Positions 21,564-32,486 of a DNA stretch of 64,000 nt are shown here, in pieces. The notes beneath the pieces were generated by a model. That model had not been told where the DNA came from and made no database searches. It saw nothing but the letters and a program-made list of their open reading frames with translations. The translations under genes were made by a program, and so were the position numbers. The DNA is from Alphaproteobacteria bacterium (GTDB taxonomy: Bacteria > Pseudomonadota > Alphaproteobacteria > Methylaequorales > Methylaequoraceae). The stretch is taken from positions 101,988 through 165,987 of the forward strand of contig JBJKUS010000005.1 of assembly GCA_045563025.1 (NCBI GenBank), written 5' to 3'. Numbering within the stretch: the stretch's first letter is position 1; the number at the start of each line of letters is the position of its first letter.

Positions 21564-22883
21564 TTAAGTTTGAGGACGTCCTAAAGAAAAATATTCAAAT
21601 CCTAGAGATTTCAATTCCAATGGGTTATATATATTTCTTAAATCAATAATTAAAGGTCTGTTAAGTAGTTTTTTTAGTCGTTTTAGATCAAGGGCTCTAA
21701 ACTCATTCCATTCTGTAAGTATAACTAAGGCATCAGAGCCTTTTGAGGCCTCATACGAGTCTCTACACCAAAGTATTTTTTCTGAGTATTCTTTAAAACA
21801 TTCCTTTGCTTCTTTCATTCCCTCAGGATCAAATACTTTTAAATCACATTTATTCTTTATAAGAGCAGGAATTATTTCTAAACTTGGACTGTCTCTCATA
21901 TCGTCAGTGTTTGGTTTAAAAGTCAAGCCTAGTATACAAATAACTTTTTTTTTTCTTTTACCAATAGAATTTAAAATTCTTTTGTGCATAGATCTTTTTC
22001 TTTTATCATTACTCTCAACAACATTCTCAATCAAGCCTAATGGTGATTTGTGATCTTGAGCAGTCTTTACCAAAGCAAGTGTATCTTTTGGAAAACAAGA
22101 ACCACCATACCCTGGTCCTGGATGAAGAAACTTCTTCCCTATTCTTCCATCTAAGCCTATACCTATTGAAACATCATTTACATTTGCCCCCACTTTTTCA
22201 CACAAGTTTGAAATTTCATTTATGAAGGTAATTTTTGTTGCCAAAAATGAATTTGCCGCATACTTTATTAACTCTGCAGTTTCTCTATCAGTAAATATTA
22301 TTGGTGTTTCTAGTAAATATAAAGGTCTGTATAATTCTTTTAATATATTCTTAGCTTTTTCAGATTTACATCCAATAACAACCCGATCAGGACGCATAAA
22401 ATCATTAATTGCCGAACCTTCTCTAAGAAATTCAGGGTTTGACGCAACATCAAACTTAAGATTAGGATTTATTTTTTTTATAATTTTTGAGACATTTTCA
22501 CCTGTACCAACTGGAACTGTTGATTTATTGACAATAACAGAGAAGTTTTTTAAGTTTTTTGCAATTTCCTCTGCCACAGCATAAACATAAGAGAGATCCG
22601 CGTGGCCATCTTTCTTCCTTGAAGGAGTTCCGACCGCTATAAAAATAGCATCTGATCGATTAACAGATTTAGATAGATCAATTTCAAATTTTAAACGCCC
22701 TTGATTAATATTTTTTTTTACTAATTCATCTAACCCTGGCTCATAAATTGGAATTATACCCTTCCTGAGGTTTCTAATTTTTTCTTCATCTTTATCTACA
22801 CAAGTTACATTCACCCCAAATTCGGCAAAACATGTTCCTGAGACAAGGCCTACATAACCTGTTCCAATAATCGTTATATTCAT
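21564..22883 (-). CDS. ugd: UDP-glucose 6-dehydrogenase
   Basis: N-terminal Rossmann IIGTGYVGLV, catalytic GGSCFPKD. Confidence 0.9.
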   Translation of the reverse strand: MNITIIGTGYVGLVSGTCFAEFGVNVTCVDKDEEKIRNLRKGIIPIYEPGLDELVKKNINQGRLKFEIDLSKSVNRSDAIFIAVGTPSRKKDGHADLSYVYAVAEEIAKNLKNFSVIVNKSTVPVGTGENVSKIIKKINPNLKFDVASNPEFLREGSAINDFMRPDRVVIGCKSEKAKNILKELYRPLYLLETPIIFTDRETAELIKYAANSFLATKITFINEISNLCEKVGANVNDVSIGIGLDGRIGKKFLHPGPGYGGSCFPKDTLALVKTAQDHKSPLGLIENVVESNDKRKRSMHKRILNSIGKRKKKVICILGLTFKPNTDDMRDSPSLEIIPALIKNKCDLKVFDPEGMKEAKECFKEYSEKILWCRDSYEASKGSDALVILTEWNEFRALDLKRLKKLLNRPLIIDLRNIYNPLELKSLGFEYFSLGRPQT

Positions 22884-23782
22884 AATTTCCTCAACATTGA
22901 TCTTAATTTTGATTTAATTTCAGTGTCATTCAAACCAAAATTTAAATTAGCTTCAATAAAACCCAGTTTGTTTCCGCAATCATACCTATTTCCATCAAAT
23001 TCAACTCCAAATAAGCCTGGACTACCAACTAAATTTAACAAGCTATCAGTTAATTGTATCTCACCTCCAAAACCTCTTTTTTGGGAAGACAAATATTCAA
23101 ATATTTTTTGATTTAGTATATATCTTCCTACTATCGTTAAGTTTGATGGAGCATCTTTAATCTTTGGCTTCTCGACTAAATTTGAAATAGAATAGAAATT
23201 TGACATTTTTTTTTTTATTTTAATTACACCATATTTTGAAACATCTTTTTTCTTAACTTTTTCTAAACCAATGACAGAGCCACCGCGTGTTTGTGAGTGA
23301 ATATTAATTAGTTGCTTAATAGCTGGAATTTTTGACAAAATTATGTCATCTGGAAGAATTACTGCAAAATCCTCCTTTTTTCCAATTAACTTTCTTGCAC
23401 ACCAAACAGCGTGACCTAATCCTTTAGGCTCATCCTGAATAATAAAGGTAAAAGAACCAAGAGTTGTCTGGGATCGAATCACGTCAATTTTTTCATTTTT
23501 GTTTTTTCTTTTAAGAGCGTTTTCAAGAATTTCAGACTTATCAAAATGTTCGATTATCGAATTTTTTCTCGAAGAAGTCACGAATATCATTTCTTTTATC
23601 CCGGATAAAGCAGCTTCAATAACCGCCCACTCAATAATAGGTTTATCAAGAATGATCAGCATTTCTTTAGGTATTGATTTGGTTGCTGGCAAAAATCTGG
23701 TTCCTAAACCAGCTATGGGAAAGATAGCTTTAGTAATTGACGACATAAAAAAAAGGTTAAAGAAAAAATAAAAAAAACTCAA
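22880..23782 (-). CDS. galU: UTP--glucose-1-phosphate uridylyltransferase
   Basis: AIFPIAGLGTRFLPATK...PKEML signature. Confidence 0.9.
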   Translation of the reverse strand: MSFFYFFFNLFFMSSITKAIFPIAGLGTRFLPATKSIPKEMLIILDKPIIEWAVIEAALSGIKEMIFVTSSRKNSIIEHFDKSEILENALKRKNKNEKIDVIRSQTTLGSFTFIIQDEPKGLGHAVWCARKLIGKKEDFAVILPDDIILSKIPAIKQLINIHSQTRGGSVIGLEKVKKKDVSKYGVIKIKKKMSNFYSISNLVEKPKIKDAPSNLTIVGRYILNQKIFEYLSSQKRGFGGEIQLTDSLLNLVGSPGLFGVEFDGNRYDCGNKLGFIEANLNFGLNDTEIKSKLRSMLRKL

Positions 23783-24225
23783 CCTAAAAGAATTTCTCTC
23801 GCTTCATTCAACTTTTTTGTTATCCAATCGGATCCTCCTAAATCTGGATGATTCTTCTTCATTAATTTTTGATAACTATCTTGTATATCTTTTTTTGTAG
23901 CATTTTCATTGAGGCCAAGAATATCTAAAGCTTCTTTTCTGGACATTGAATTTTTTCTTGGTTGATTATATTGTTTGTTTAAAAAAACTTTTGCAACAAA
24001 CTTTATTAAATTCCCCCATCTGAACAAAATCAGAAAAATTGCTGGAATTGTTGATATAATTGCAGGAAAAAATCTCATCAAATAAATAACAATAAATATT
24101 AAAATGAATAAAAGAATAAATTTTAAATATTTTTTAAAAATCAACTTAGGAAGATGAATAAACTCAGTAAGAAAATACATTAAAATCGCTATTAATATTA
24201 TCGCAGCAACAATATAATAAAACAT
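23779..24225 (-). CDS. Membrane protein with C-terminal DnaJ (J) domain (DjlA-like)
   Basis: Two or three N-terminal TM helices; LDILGL...HPDLGGS J-domain HPD motif. Confidence 0.65.
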   Translation of the reverse strand: MFYYIVAAIILIAILMYFLTEFIHLPKLIFKKYLKFILLFILIFIVIYLMRFFPAIISTIPAIFLILFRWGNLIKFVAKVFLNKQYNQPRKNSMSRKEALDILGLNENATKKDIQDSYQKLMKKNHPDLGGSDWITKKLNEAREILLG

Positions 24226-24234
24226 ATATAACCT

Positions 24235-25368
24235 ATGAAAAAATATAAACTTTTATATTTCGTTAGTGAAGATGAATATTTTATTACTCATAAAATAAAT
24301 CAAGCAAAAACTGCATTTAAGTTTTTTGATGAGATTAGAATAATGTGTAAATTTAGTAGCTACTCTAGAAAAATTAAATTATCAGGTTTTAAAACTATAA
24401 ATTTCAATTTTAGTAGAAAATCAATTAACCCAATATTAAATCTCAAATCATTAACAAAATTTTTTTCAATAATAACTCAATACAAACCAGACGTAATTCA
24501 GTGTTTCGCACTTAAACCAATTCTTTACTCTGTAATAATAAATTTTTTTCTTAAAAAAGACGTAAAAATTATATGTTGTGTAGTTGGAATGGGTTATCTA
24601 ATTATAAATAAAAATTTTTTCGCTAAGGTGTATAAATTCATTTATTTTTTTCTATTAAAAATATTTATAAATAAGAAAGTTTTTTTTGTTTTTCAAAACG
24701 CAGATGATTATTACTTGTTTAGAAAAAAAAAAATAATAACAAAAAATAATTCAAATCTAATTAGAGGGTCAGGAGTTTGTACAGAAAAATTTAAATCAAA
24801 CAATCAAAAAAAAATATATGACCTTATTTTTCATTCAAGAATCATAAAAGATAAAGGAGTCTTTGAATTAATTAATGCAATAAAAATATTAAGAAATCAA
24901 AACGTATACTTTAAAACTTTATTCTTAGGCGACCTAGATAAGGAAAATAGGTCCTTTATAAGCGAAGAACAAGTTAACTTTTGGGTAAAGGAAAAATTAA
25001 TTATTTGGAAAAGAAAAACAAACAATGTTTTACCATTTTTACAAAAATCTAAAATTTCAATTTTACCATCTTATCGCGAAGGACTTCCTAAAAGTTTATT
25101 AGAAGCTGCAAGCTGCAAGCTACCAATAATATCAAGCGATGTTCCCGGTTGTAGAGAAATCTGTATAAATAATTTCAATGGCTTTCTAGTACAACCAAAA
25201 GACTCGGAATCATTATCAAAGTCAATTCAAAAGCTATTGTACAATCCAAATTTAATAAGAAAGTTCGGAAAAAATAGCAGGGAAATTGTAATCAAACAAT
25301 TTAGTGATCAGATTATTTCAAGTGAGTTTCTAAAATTATATAAAAGAGTAATTAAAAAAGCCCTTTGA
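24235..25368 (+). CDS. Glycosyltransferase family 4 (GT-B)
   Basis: C-terminal [28 protein letters not shown] (E-x7-E type GT4 motif). Confidence 0.8.
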   Translation: MKKYKLLYFVSEDEYFITHKINQAKTAFKFFDEIRIMCKFSSYSRKIKLSGFKTINFNFSRKSINPILNLKSLTKFFSIITQYKPDVIQCFALKPILYSVIINFFLKKDVKIICCVVGMGYLIINKNFFAKVYKFIYFFLLKIFINKKVFFVFQNADDYYLFRKKKIITKNNSNLIRGSGVCTEKFKSNNQKKIYDLIFHSRIIKDKGVFELINAIKILRNQNVYFKTLFLGDLDKENRSFISEEQVNFWVKEKLIIWKRKTNNVLPFLQKSKISILPSYREGLPKSLLEAASCKLPIISSDVPGCREICINNFNGFLVQPKDSESLSKSIQKLLYNPNLIRKFGKNSREIVIKQFSDQIISSEFLKLYKRVIKKAL

Positions 25369-27034
25369 TATTTCCATCATCTCCAACGCAAACTTCATAT
25401 GCAGCTGGTTTTTTAGGCAAACCTGGCATAGTCATAATATCACCAGCAATCGCAACAATAAACTCTGCACCGGCTGAAAGCCTTATTTCTCTGATATGAA
25501 TCGTGTGACCTTCTGGAGCGCATTTTTTTGATGCATCTGTACTAAAGCTGTACTGAGTTTTTGCCATACATACTGGAAAATCATCAAAACCAAGTTTTGA
25601 AATTTCTGTAAGTTTTTTTTCTGCCTGAGCCGAAAACGTAACTTCTTTAGCCCTGTATATTTCATTACAAATTTTATTAATTTTTTCTTTTGGTTTATCT
25701 TTATCTTCATACAGGAATTTGAGATCAGAGAGGTTTCCTTCAATTGTGCTTACAACAGTTTCAGCCAATTTTGCTGCACCTTCTCCTCCATTTGACCAAT
25801 GTTCAGCAAGCACGGCATTAACACCAGAGTTATTACACACTTCTTGAACTTTTTTTATCTCATTTTCAGTATCAGTTGGGAACCTGTTAATCGCAACAAC
25901 TGTTGGCAATCCAAATTTAGACAGGTTTTCAAGATGTCTTAAAAGATTTGGAAGTCCTGCTTCTAATGCTGAAAGATTCTCTTCACCCAAGTTCTTAGGG
26001 TCAGCATCACCATGAAGTTTTAAAGCCCTAACAGTGGCAACTACAACTGCACACTCAGGTACCAATCCAGCTTTTCTACATTTAATATCTAAAAATTTTT
26101 CAGCACCAAGGTCTGCTCCAAATCCAGCCTCTGTCACAACATAATCAGCGAGCTTAAGTGCTGTTTTTGTAGCAATTACTGTGTTACAACCGTGCGCAAT
26201 ATTTGCAAAAGGTCCACCGTGAATAAAAGCAGGGTTATTTTCCAATGTTTGAACCAGATTAGGTTTTAGAGCGTCTTTTAATAAAACAGACATAGCACCA
26301 TCCGCTTTTATATCCTTGCATAAAACTGGTTCTAAATCTCGAGTATAACCGACAATAATTTTACCAAGTCTGTCTTTAAGATCATCAAAATTCTTTGATA
26401 AACAAAGAATTGCCATTACCTCGGAGGCTACGGTAATGTCAAAACCATCTTCTCTGGAAAAACCATTGGCTATTCCTCCTAGAGAATTGACTATTGATCT
26501 CAGCGCCCTGTCATTCATATCAACAACTCTCCTCCAGGTTACCCTCCTAGGATCTATGTTAGGTTCAATATTCCAATAAATGTGATTATCAATCATAGCA
26601 GATAAAAGCATATGGGCTGACGTAATAGCATGAAAGTCTCCAGTAAAATGAAGATTTATGTCTTCCATTGGTACCACCTGTGCATAGCCTCCTCCAGCCG
26701 CTCCACCTTTCATTCCAAAACAAGGACCTAAGCTAGGTTCTCGCAAGGCTACCATGGCTTTCTTCCCAATAAAATTTAAGCCATCTGTTAAACCCACTGA
26801 AGTGGTTGTTTTACCTTCACCTGCTGTGGTTGGAGTCATTGCTGTAACTAGTATAAGTTTTCCATCTTTACGAGATTCTAACTCTTTCAAACAATCCTCA
26901 CCTATTTTTGCTTTGTAATGACCATAGGGAATTAAATTTTCTTCACTTATTGAAAGGCTTTCAGAAGCTAAATTAGCAATACGGTTTTTCTTAGCTTCAC
27001 GAGCAATTTCTAAATCTGTTTTATAATCAGCCAT
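25352..27034 (-). CDS. fhs: Formate--tetrahydrofolate ligase
   Basis: 560 aa, [17 protein letters not shown]-loop region characteristic of FTHFS. Confidence 0.9.
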   Translation of the reverse strand: MADYKTDLEIAREAKKNRIANLASESLSISEENLIPYGHYKAKIGEDCLKELESRKDGKLILVTAMTPTTAGEGKTTTSVGLTDGLNFIGKKAMVALREPSLGPCFGMKGGAAGGGYAQVVPMEDINLHFTGDFHAITSAHMLLSAMIDNHIYWNIEPNIDPRRVTWRRVVDMNDRALRSIVNSLGGIANGFSREDGFDITVASEVMAILCLSKNFDDLKDRLGKIIVGYTRDLEPVLCKDIKADGAMSVLLKDALKPNLVQTLENNPAFIHGGPFANIAHGCNTVIATKTALKLADYVVTEAGFGADLGAEKFLDIKCRKAGLVPECAVVVATVRALKLHGDADPKNLGEENLSALEAGLPNLLRHLENLSKFGLPTVVAINRFPTDTENEIKKVQEVCNNSGVNAVLAEHWSNGGEGAAKLAETVVSTIEGNLSDLKFLYEDKDKPKEKINKICNEIYRAKEVTFSAQAEKKLTEISKLGFDDFPVCMAKTQYSFSTDASKKCAPEGHTIHIREIRLSAGAEFIVAIAGDIMTMPGLPKKPAAYEVCVGDDGNIKGLF

Positions 27035-27039
27035 AAACG

Positions 27040-27519
27040 TTAGTTTAAAACATTTGTTTGGATTGATCTACACTTTTTTAAATTCAGTAGCTGAAGTGAC
27101 TCGCTTTTAGATGATTCCTCAATCAAAAATTTATTTTGAATTTGATATGCCTCTTTTTCTCTAAATATATCTTGTAAATTTTCTCCATTTATGTGTTGAA
27201 GCGCATGTATCATTTCATGAAGAAGAATTGACTTATTGCACAAATGATTAAAGTCAAGTTCAGAAATATAAATTCCCTCTTCCGGAAGAAAAAAACCAAG
27301 AATTGGACATTTTCCTCTGCACGCAATCATTTGTATTTCTTCAGCTTTTAACAGAATAACATCAAAATCAAATAATAATCCGTTAAAATGTGTATTATTA
27401 TTTATCCAATTAACTAAATATTTAATTATTTCCGGATCAAGCATATTTAAGTTATAAAATAAAAATGAAAAAAGAAAATAAAATTTCTGGTTATTCAGCA
27501 AAAATTTTAGTTGAAACAA
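27040..27519 (-). CDS. Hypothetical small HExxH (zincin-like) protein, paralog A
   Basis: 159 aa, hydrophobic N-terminus, [13 protein letters not shown] and [12 protein letters not shown] motifs. It is a paralog of the gene at 53104..53562. Confidence 0.5.
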   Translation of the reverse strand: MFQLKFLLNNQKFYFLFSFLFYNLNMLDPEIIKYLVNWINNNTHFNGLLFDFDVILLKAEEIQMIACRGKCPILGFFLPEEGIYISELDFNHLCNKSILLHEMIHALQHINGENLQDIFREKEAYQIQNKFLIEESSKSESLQLLNLKKCRSIQTNVLN

Positions 27520-28124
27520 AGTGTGTTGATATCAGCTTAAAAAAAAAATTCAAATTAACATCAGGCAAAGAAAGTCCAATATATTGTGATTGCAGAAGAA
27601 TAATTTCTTTTCCAAAACAAAGGGATCAATTAATTAATTTTGCTATAAAAAAAATTCAAAGTGAATGCTCACTTGAGAAAATTAATAATATTGCAGGCGG
27701 TGAGTCAGCCGGGATCCCATTTGCTTCTTTTATCTCTCAAAAAACTAACCATCCTTTATCATATATCCGTAAAGAGAAAAAAAAATTTGGAAAAAATTCT
27801 CAAATTGAGGGAATCATTAAACCAAAAGAAAATGTCTTATTAGTTGAAGACTTGATGACTGACGGAGGAAGTAAAATTAATTTTATTAAAGCTATTTTAA
27901 AAACAGGAGCAAATATTTCGGCTATATTTGTAATTTTTAATTATGGAATCAATCTTGACTATTTCTTAATAAATAAAAAGAAAATAAAAATTATTTATTT
28001 GGCAACTTGGAGAGAGGTAATTGAAGAATATGTTAAAAAAAAAAGTATTACAAAAAAAGATAGAAAATTAATTGAAGAATTTCTTTATTCAATTGGTGTT
28101 AAAAATTTGAAATCTTACCCTTAA
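27465..28124 (+). CDS. pyrE: Orotate phosphoribosyltransferase
   Basis: PRTase motif LLVEDLMTDGGS; KESPIYCDCR N-terminal region typical of OPRTase. Confidence 0.8.
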   Translation: MKKENKISGYSAKILVETKCVDISLKKKFKLTSGKESPIYCDCRRIISFPKQRDQLINFAIKKIQSECSLEKINNIAGGESAGIPFASFISQKTNHPLSYIRKEKKKFGKNSQIEGIIKPKENVLLVEDLMTDGGSKINFIKAILKTGANISAIFVIFNYGINLDYFLINKKKIKIIYLATWREVIEEYVKKKSITKKDRKLIEEFLYSIGVKNLKSYP

Positions 28125-28914
28125 AAGAAGTTGTAGCTATTGCTTTCTTAGTTTTTCTAATAGCTCCTGATAAGTAACTTTTTCTTCCACTAATGACAGC
28201 TAGTTTCATCGCATCAGCCATATTTATTGGATCATGAGATCTAGCTACTGATGAGTTCAAAAGAACTCCATCAAATCCTAATTCCATAATTCTGCATGCA
28301 TCACTAGGACTTCCAATGCCAGCGTCAACGAATACTAAACCTTTACACATTGATCTTATCAACTCAAGATTATGTTCATTTCTTATTCCTAATCCCGAAC
28401 CAATGGGAGAAATCAGAGGCATAACGACTTCACAACCAAGATCCTCCAGTCTTTTACACAAAATTGGATCGTCAGAACAATAACAGAATATTTTAAATTT
28501 TTTTTTGATCAGATCCTCACATGTTGAATAAAGCTCTATGGGGTCAGGAAGTAACATCTCATCCTCACTTATTAATTCAAGCTTAATCCAATTAGTATCC
28601 AATGACTCTCTTGCTAATTCTGCTGTTAAGATTGCCTCTTTTTTAGTAAAACACCCTGCTGTATTGGGAAGAAATGTATATTCTTTTTTAATTTGATCAA
28701 AAAAGTAATCTTTTTTATTTACGCTAAGTCTTCTTATGGAAATAGTAACTATTTCCGACTCTGACTTTTCAATAGATTTGTTCATTACATCTATATTTGG
28801 AAACATAGAAGATCCCATTATCAGTCTAGATTTAAAGCTTTTATTATCAATTATTAAATTATCATTTTCCAAATCAACCTCCAAAAAAGGGTTGCACAAT
28901 TTCAATTTCGTCAC
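28099..28914 (-). CDS. thiG: Thiazole synthase
   Basis: VMPLISPIGSGLGI...VDAGIGSPSDA..MELGFDGVLLNS signature. Confidence 0.9.
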   Translation of the reverse strand: MTKLKLCNPFLEVDLENDNLIIDNKSFKSRLIMGSSMFPNIDVMNKSIEKSESEIVTISIRRLSVNKKDYFFDQIKKEYTFLPNTAGCFTKKEAILTAELARESLDTNWIKLELISEDEMLLPDPIELYSTCEDLIKKKFKIFCYCSDDPILCKRLEDLGCEVVMPLISPIGSGLGIRNEHNLELIRSMCKGLVFVDAGIGSPSDACRIMELGFDGVLLNSSVARSHDPINMADAMKLAVISGRKSYLSGAIRKTKKAIATTSFKGKISNF

Positions 28915-29092
28915 CCTTGAGAATTTTTTTGCTTTTCCACTTTGACTTTTGAATCAGTTCATAATTTACAGCTACAGCAACTTTAATATTTTTATGTTTA
29001 AGATAGTTTTTAATTAATTCATCTAAAAAATTTTCTTTTTTGGTATCAATTTGGAATTGTTTACCATTAATTGTAAAGTAGTTCTTTTCCAT
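28874..29092 (-). CDS. thiS: Sulfur carrier protein ThiS
   Basis: 72 aa, C-terminal GG, immediately upstream of thiG. Confidence 0.8.
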   Translation of the reverse strand: MEKNYFTINGKQFQIDTKKENFLDELIKNYLKHKNIKVAVAVNYELIQKSKWKSKKILKGDEIEIVQPFFGG

Positions 29093-29104
29093 AAGCTTTA
29101 AAAT

Positions 29105-30193
29105 TCACAGATTAAATCTTTTAGGGGAAAAAAAACAGTACTTATTTGGAATTTTTTTTTCCAAAACGTAATCTGTCACTATTGATGCCGTTATTGGTGC
29201 CAGGAGAATCCCATGCCTATAGTGACCAAAAGAACAAATAACGTCTTTATCAATATTAAGGTTCCCTATAATTGGATTTCCATCAACAATCGCTGACCTT
29301 AATCCTGCAGATATTTTTTTGAATTTAAACTTTTCGATTTCCGGGAGTGATTCCCATAAATATTTACTTAAATATAATATCTCATCTAATGTGACATCCT
29401 CATCAAAACCTTTTTCATCTTCAGTGGCTCCAACAGCAATTTGATTGTTTTGCCGGGGAGCAATATAAATGTTCTTAAACCATAGGTTATTCTCAAACAT
29501 TTTTGTGTTTGTTTGAAATATCATTGAAACACCTTTTAAAGGTCTCATCTCGAAACTTACATTCATTGAATTTTTTAATAAAAGATTGCTCCAGGCACCA
29601 CAACATACAACAATTTTTTCAGCTTTAATTTCCGATTCATTGAAAATTAATTTGTTTTTCTTGAAAATAAATTTTTCAAAATTTTCTACAGTTTTAATCT
29701 CCCCACCCTTTTTAAAAATGCTTTTTCTTAGATAACTTTCTAATAAATGAGGTTCAACTTGGTTATTATTCTTACAATACAATGAGCCCTCTATGTTTGA
29801 ATTCAAATTAGGTTCGATTTTTAATGTTTCATTTTTGTTGAGCAACTCAGTTTTATAACCAAGGTTATCAATAAATTTCTTTTTAAATTGAATTTCTTCA
29901 AGGTCATCTAAATTTTGAGCAACGAGCATTGAAGAATTATTTTTTAAACCAATTATTTTAGATTCACTTTTATATTGTTTTTTTTTATCCCATAGTGCCT
30001 TTGAATCTAACATCAAATCAAAAAGCTCCTTTTCATATGGTTTAGACTCAATTAAAGGGGCTAACATCCCAACTGATGCTGATGTGGCACTCGCTTTTTT
30101 TTTAAGATTGAGAATAGTAACTTTTTTTCCACTTTCTAGAAGTTCATTCGCAATAAAAAGTCCTATGATTCCAGATCCAATAATAACAATCAT
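29105..30193 (-). CDS. thiO: FAD-dependent glycine oxidase
   Basis: N-terminal FAD Rossmann IVIIGSGIIGL; position upstream of thiS-thiG. Confidence 0.75.
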   Translation of the reverse strand: MIVIIGSGIIGLFIANELLESGKKVTILNLKKKASATSASVGMLAPLIESKPYEKELFDLMLDSKALWDKKKQYKSESKIIGLKNNSSMLVAQNLDDLEEIQFKKKFIDNLGYKTELLNKNETLKIEPNLNSNIEGSLYCKNNNQVEPHLLESYLRKSIFKKGGEIKTVENFEKFIFKKNKLIFNESEIKAEKIVVCCGAWSNLLLKNSMNVSFEMRPLKGVSMIFQTNTKMFENNLWFKNIYIAPRQNNQIAVGATEDEKGFDEDVTLDEILYLSKYLWESLPEIEKFKFKKISAGLRSAIVDGNPIIGNLNIDKDVICSFGHYRHGILLAPITASIVTDYVLEKKIPNKYCFFSPKRFNL

Positions 30194-30251
30194 AAAAAAA
30201 AACCTCTTTTTTCTCTTTTCAAAATTATACTTATCTATTATATCAAATAAA

Positions 30252-30632
30252 ATGAATGATGACTTTAAATTAAAGAAAAGGTTAAGTGAGTTAGCTTATG
30301 AGGTAACTCAAAACTCTGCAACAGAACGAGCATTCAGTGGAGAGTACTATGATTTTTTTGAAGAGGGAATATATAAATGTATGTGCTGTGGAAACGAGTT
30401 ATTTCAATCTGATCACAAATTCAAGTCTAATTCTGGTTGGCCAAGTTTTTATCAATCAAAAGGTATAGATGCCACAAACTATTCAACTGATGATTCTTAT
30501 GGTATGATAAGAACTGAAGTTAAGTGTAAAAAATGTGGAGCACATTTAGGGCATGTATTTGATGACGGACCCAAGCCCTCTGGAAAAAGATATTGTATCA
30601 ACTCTGTTGCACTACGATTTTGTAAAAAATGA
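30252..30632 (+). CDS. msrB: Peptide methionine sulfoxide reductase MsrB
   Basis: CxxC...CxxC zinc knuckles and catalytic SGWPSF..RTEVKCKKCGAHLGHVFDDGP. The start is re-set to the internal Met because the track ORF 30084.. overlaps thiO. Confidence 0.85.
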   Translation: MNDDFKLKKRLSELAYEVTQNSATERAFSGEYYDFFEEGIYKCMCCGNELFQSDHKFKSNSGWPSFYQSKGIDATNYSTDDSYGMIRTEVKCKKCGAHLGHVFDDGPKPSGKRYCINSVALRFCKK

Positions 30633-31840
30633 CTGATTATAAAAAAATATTTAAAGAATCTTTGGATAAGCTTAAAGAAGAAGGAAATTACAGAATTTTT
30701 GCTGACCTAGAAAAAATTGCAGGTAATTTTCCCCAAGCACTAAATTATCAGGAAAACAGTGTCTCTGAAGTTACAGTTTGGTGCAGTAACGATTATTTAG
30801 GTATGAGCCAGAATCAATTAGTCATAGAGAATATGATTGAAGCGATTAATAAAGTTGGTGCAGGATCAGGAGGCACAAGAAATATATCTGGTACAAATCA
30901 TTACCATGTTTTATTAGAAAGAGAACTATGTTATTTGCATCAAAAAGAATCTGCTCTACTTTTTAACTCCGGATATCTCGCTAACCAAGCCACCTTGTCA
31001 ACCTTAGGGAAAAAACTGCCTGATTGTGTCTTTTTTTCTGACGAAAAGAATCATGCATCAATGATTCAAGGAATGAAAAACTCCGGTGCGAGAAAAATAA
31101 TATTCGGACACAACAATTTAAATGATCTTGAAAAAAAGTTAAAGGCAAGTAATGCAGAATCAAAGATAATAGTCTTTGAATCAGTGTATTCAATGGATGG
31201 TAATTTTTCGCCAGTTGCAAGGATTTGTGAACTAGCAAAAAAATATAATGCACTTACATTTCTTGATGAAGTGCATGCCGTTGGAATTTATGGAAAAAGA
31301 GGAGCTGGAGTTGCTGAAGAAAAAGGTGTAATGAATAAAATAGACATAATTCAAGGTACATTAGCTAAAGCATTCGGTGTTATAGGAGGATATATTACTG
31401 GAAACAAAGAAATTATTGATTTTATAAGAAGCTTTGCTTCAGGTTTTATATTTACTACATCATTGCCTCCTTGTATAGCAGCAGGTGCTTACGCCTCAAT
31501 AAGACACTTGAAGTTTTCTGACATTGAAAAAGAAAAAATGTTTGCAGTTGTAAATAAATTAAAATCCTATTTAAAAAAATATGAAATACCCTTCATTGAT
31601 AGTGGAAGTCATATAATACCTGTAATTATTGGAGATGCTAAACTATGTAAGAGAGCAAGTAATATTCTACTTGATGAATTCAATATTTATGTTCAGCCAA
31701 TTAACTTCCCTACCGTTCCAAGAGGAACAGAAAGACTAAGAATTACTGCTTCACCAAATCATACAGACAAAATGGTAAAGGATTTAGCCACGGCACTAAA
31801 GAGTGTTTTCAATCAATTAAATATCGTCAAGGCTGCTTAA
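30629..31840 (+). CDS. hemA: 5-aminolevulinate synthase
   Basis: 403 aa; YRIFADLEKIAGNFPQA...VWCSNDYLGMSQ N-terminal signature of alphaproteobacterial ALAS. Confidence 0.9.
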   Translation: MTDYKKIFKESLDKLKEEGNYRIFADLEKIAGNFPQALNYQENSVSEVTVWCSNDYLGMSQNQLVIENMIEAINKVGAGSGGTRNISGTNHYHVLLERELCYLHQKESALLFNSGYLANQATLSTLGKKLPDCVFFSDEKNHASMIQGMKNSGARKIIFGHNNLNDLEKKLKASNAESKIIVFESVYSMDGNFSPVARICELAKKYNALTFLDEVHAVGIYGKRGAGVAEEKGVMNKIDIIQGTLAKAFGVIGGYITGNKEIIDFIRSFASGFIFTTSLPPCIAAGAYASIRHLKFSDIEKEKMFAVVNKLKSYLKKYEIPFIDSGSHIIPVIIGDAKLCKRASNILLDEFNIYVQPINFPTVPRGTERLRITASPNHTDKMVKDLATALKSVFNQLNIVKAA

Positions 31841-31842
31841 AT

Positions 31843-32412
31843 CTAGGGTGATAGTATCTTTCTAAACCACTCATTTTTTTTCAAATAAAAGTATTCTCTT
31901 TTATGCAATCTAAATTCTCCCTCTTCCCAAAATTCATATGCAATGGGAGTGATTTTTATCCCAACCCAATATGCTGGTCTTGGAATAGGAATATTCTTAA
32001 ACTTTTTTTCATAATCTTTATATTTTTTTATCAAAAAAGCTCTATTTTTTATCAAAGAAGATTGTTTAGATGCCCAAGCGCCTATTTGACTTCCTCTCAA
32101 TCTAGACGAAAAATATTCATCAGATTCTTTTTCCAGGCAAATTTTTCCTTTTCCAACTATTCTTATTTGTTTTTTTAAGTTATCCCAATAAAAACACATA
32201 GAAAGATTAGAATTTGACTTAAACTGTTTACCTTTATTACTATTTAAGTTAGTAAAAAAAATAAATCCATCAGGTAATATTTTTTTCAATAATACCATTC
32301 TTGAATAGGGCTTATTATTGATGGAGGTTGATAAATTAAACGCAGTATGATCAAAAGGATATTCCTTTTTGGCTAATCTAAACCAGGCTTTAAACTTACT
32401 AAGTGGATTCAT
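31843..32412 (-). CDS. pdxH: Pyridoxamine 5'-phosphate oxidase
   Basis: 189 aa, RMVLLK and C-terminal EFWEEGEFRLHKR... pattern. Confidence 0.85.
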   Translation of the reverse strand: MNPLSKFKAWFRLAKKEYPFDHTAFNLSTSINNKPYSRMVLLKKILPDGFIFFTNLNSNKGKQFKSNSNLSMCFYWDNLKKQIRIVGKGKICLEKESDEYFSSRLRGSQIGAWASKQSSLIKNRAFLIKKYKDYEKKFKNIPIPRPAYWVGIKITPIAYEFWEEGEFRLHKREYFYLKKNEWFRKILSP

Positions 32413-32486
32413 TATTTCTTTTTTAGCTGAAATGTATTATAAAAACATTAATTAAGATTTATAGGTTAATTTAGTATTATAAAACA

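Noticed and set aside
22040-23771. Four plus-strand ORFs antisense to ugd and galU
   Set aside because: These are shadow ORFs of highly conserved genes.
25483-25743. 86-aa minus-strand ORF in a different frame within fhs
   Set aside because: It is same-strand but out of frame inside formate-THF ligase. K-rich low complexity.
30084-30251. N-terminal extension of the msrB ORF overlapping thiO
   Set aside because: The extension has no MsrB homology and overlaps the convergent thiO. The internal Met gives a canonical-length MsrB.
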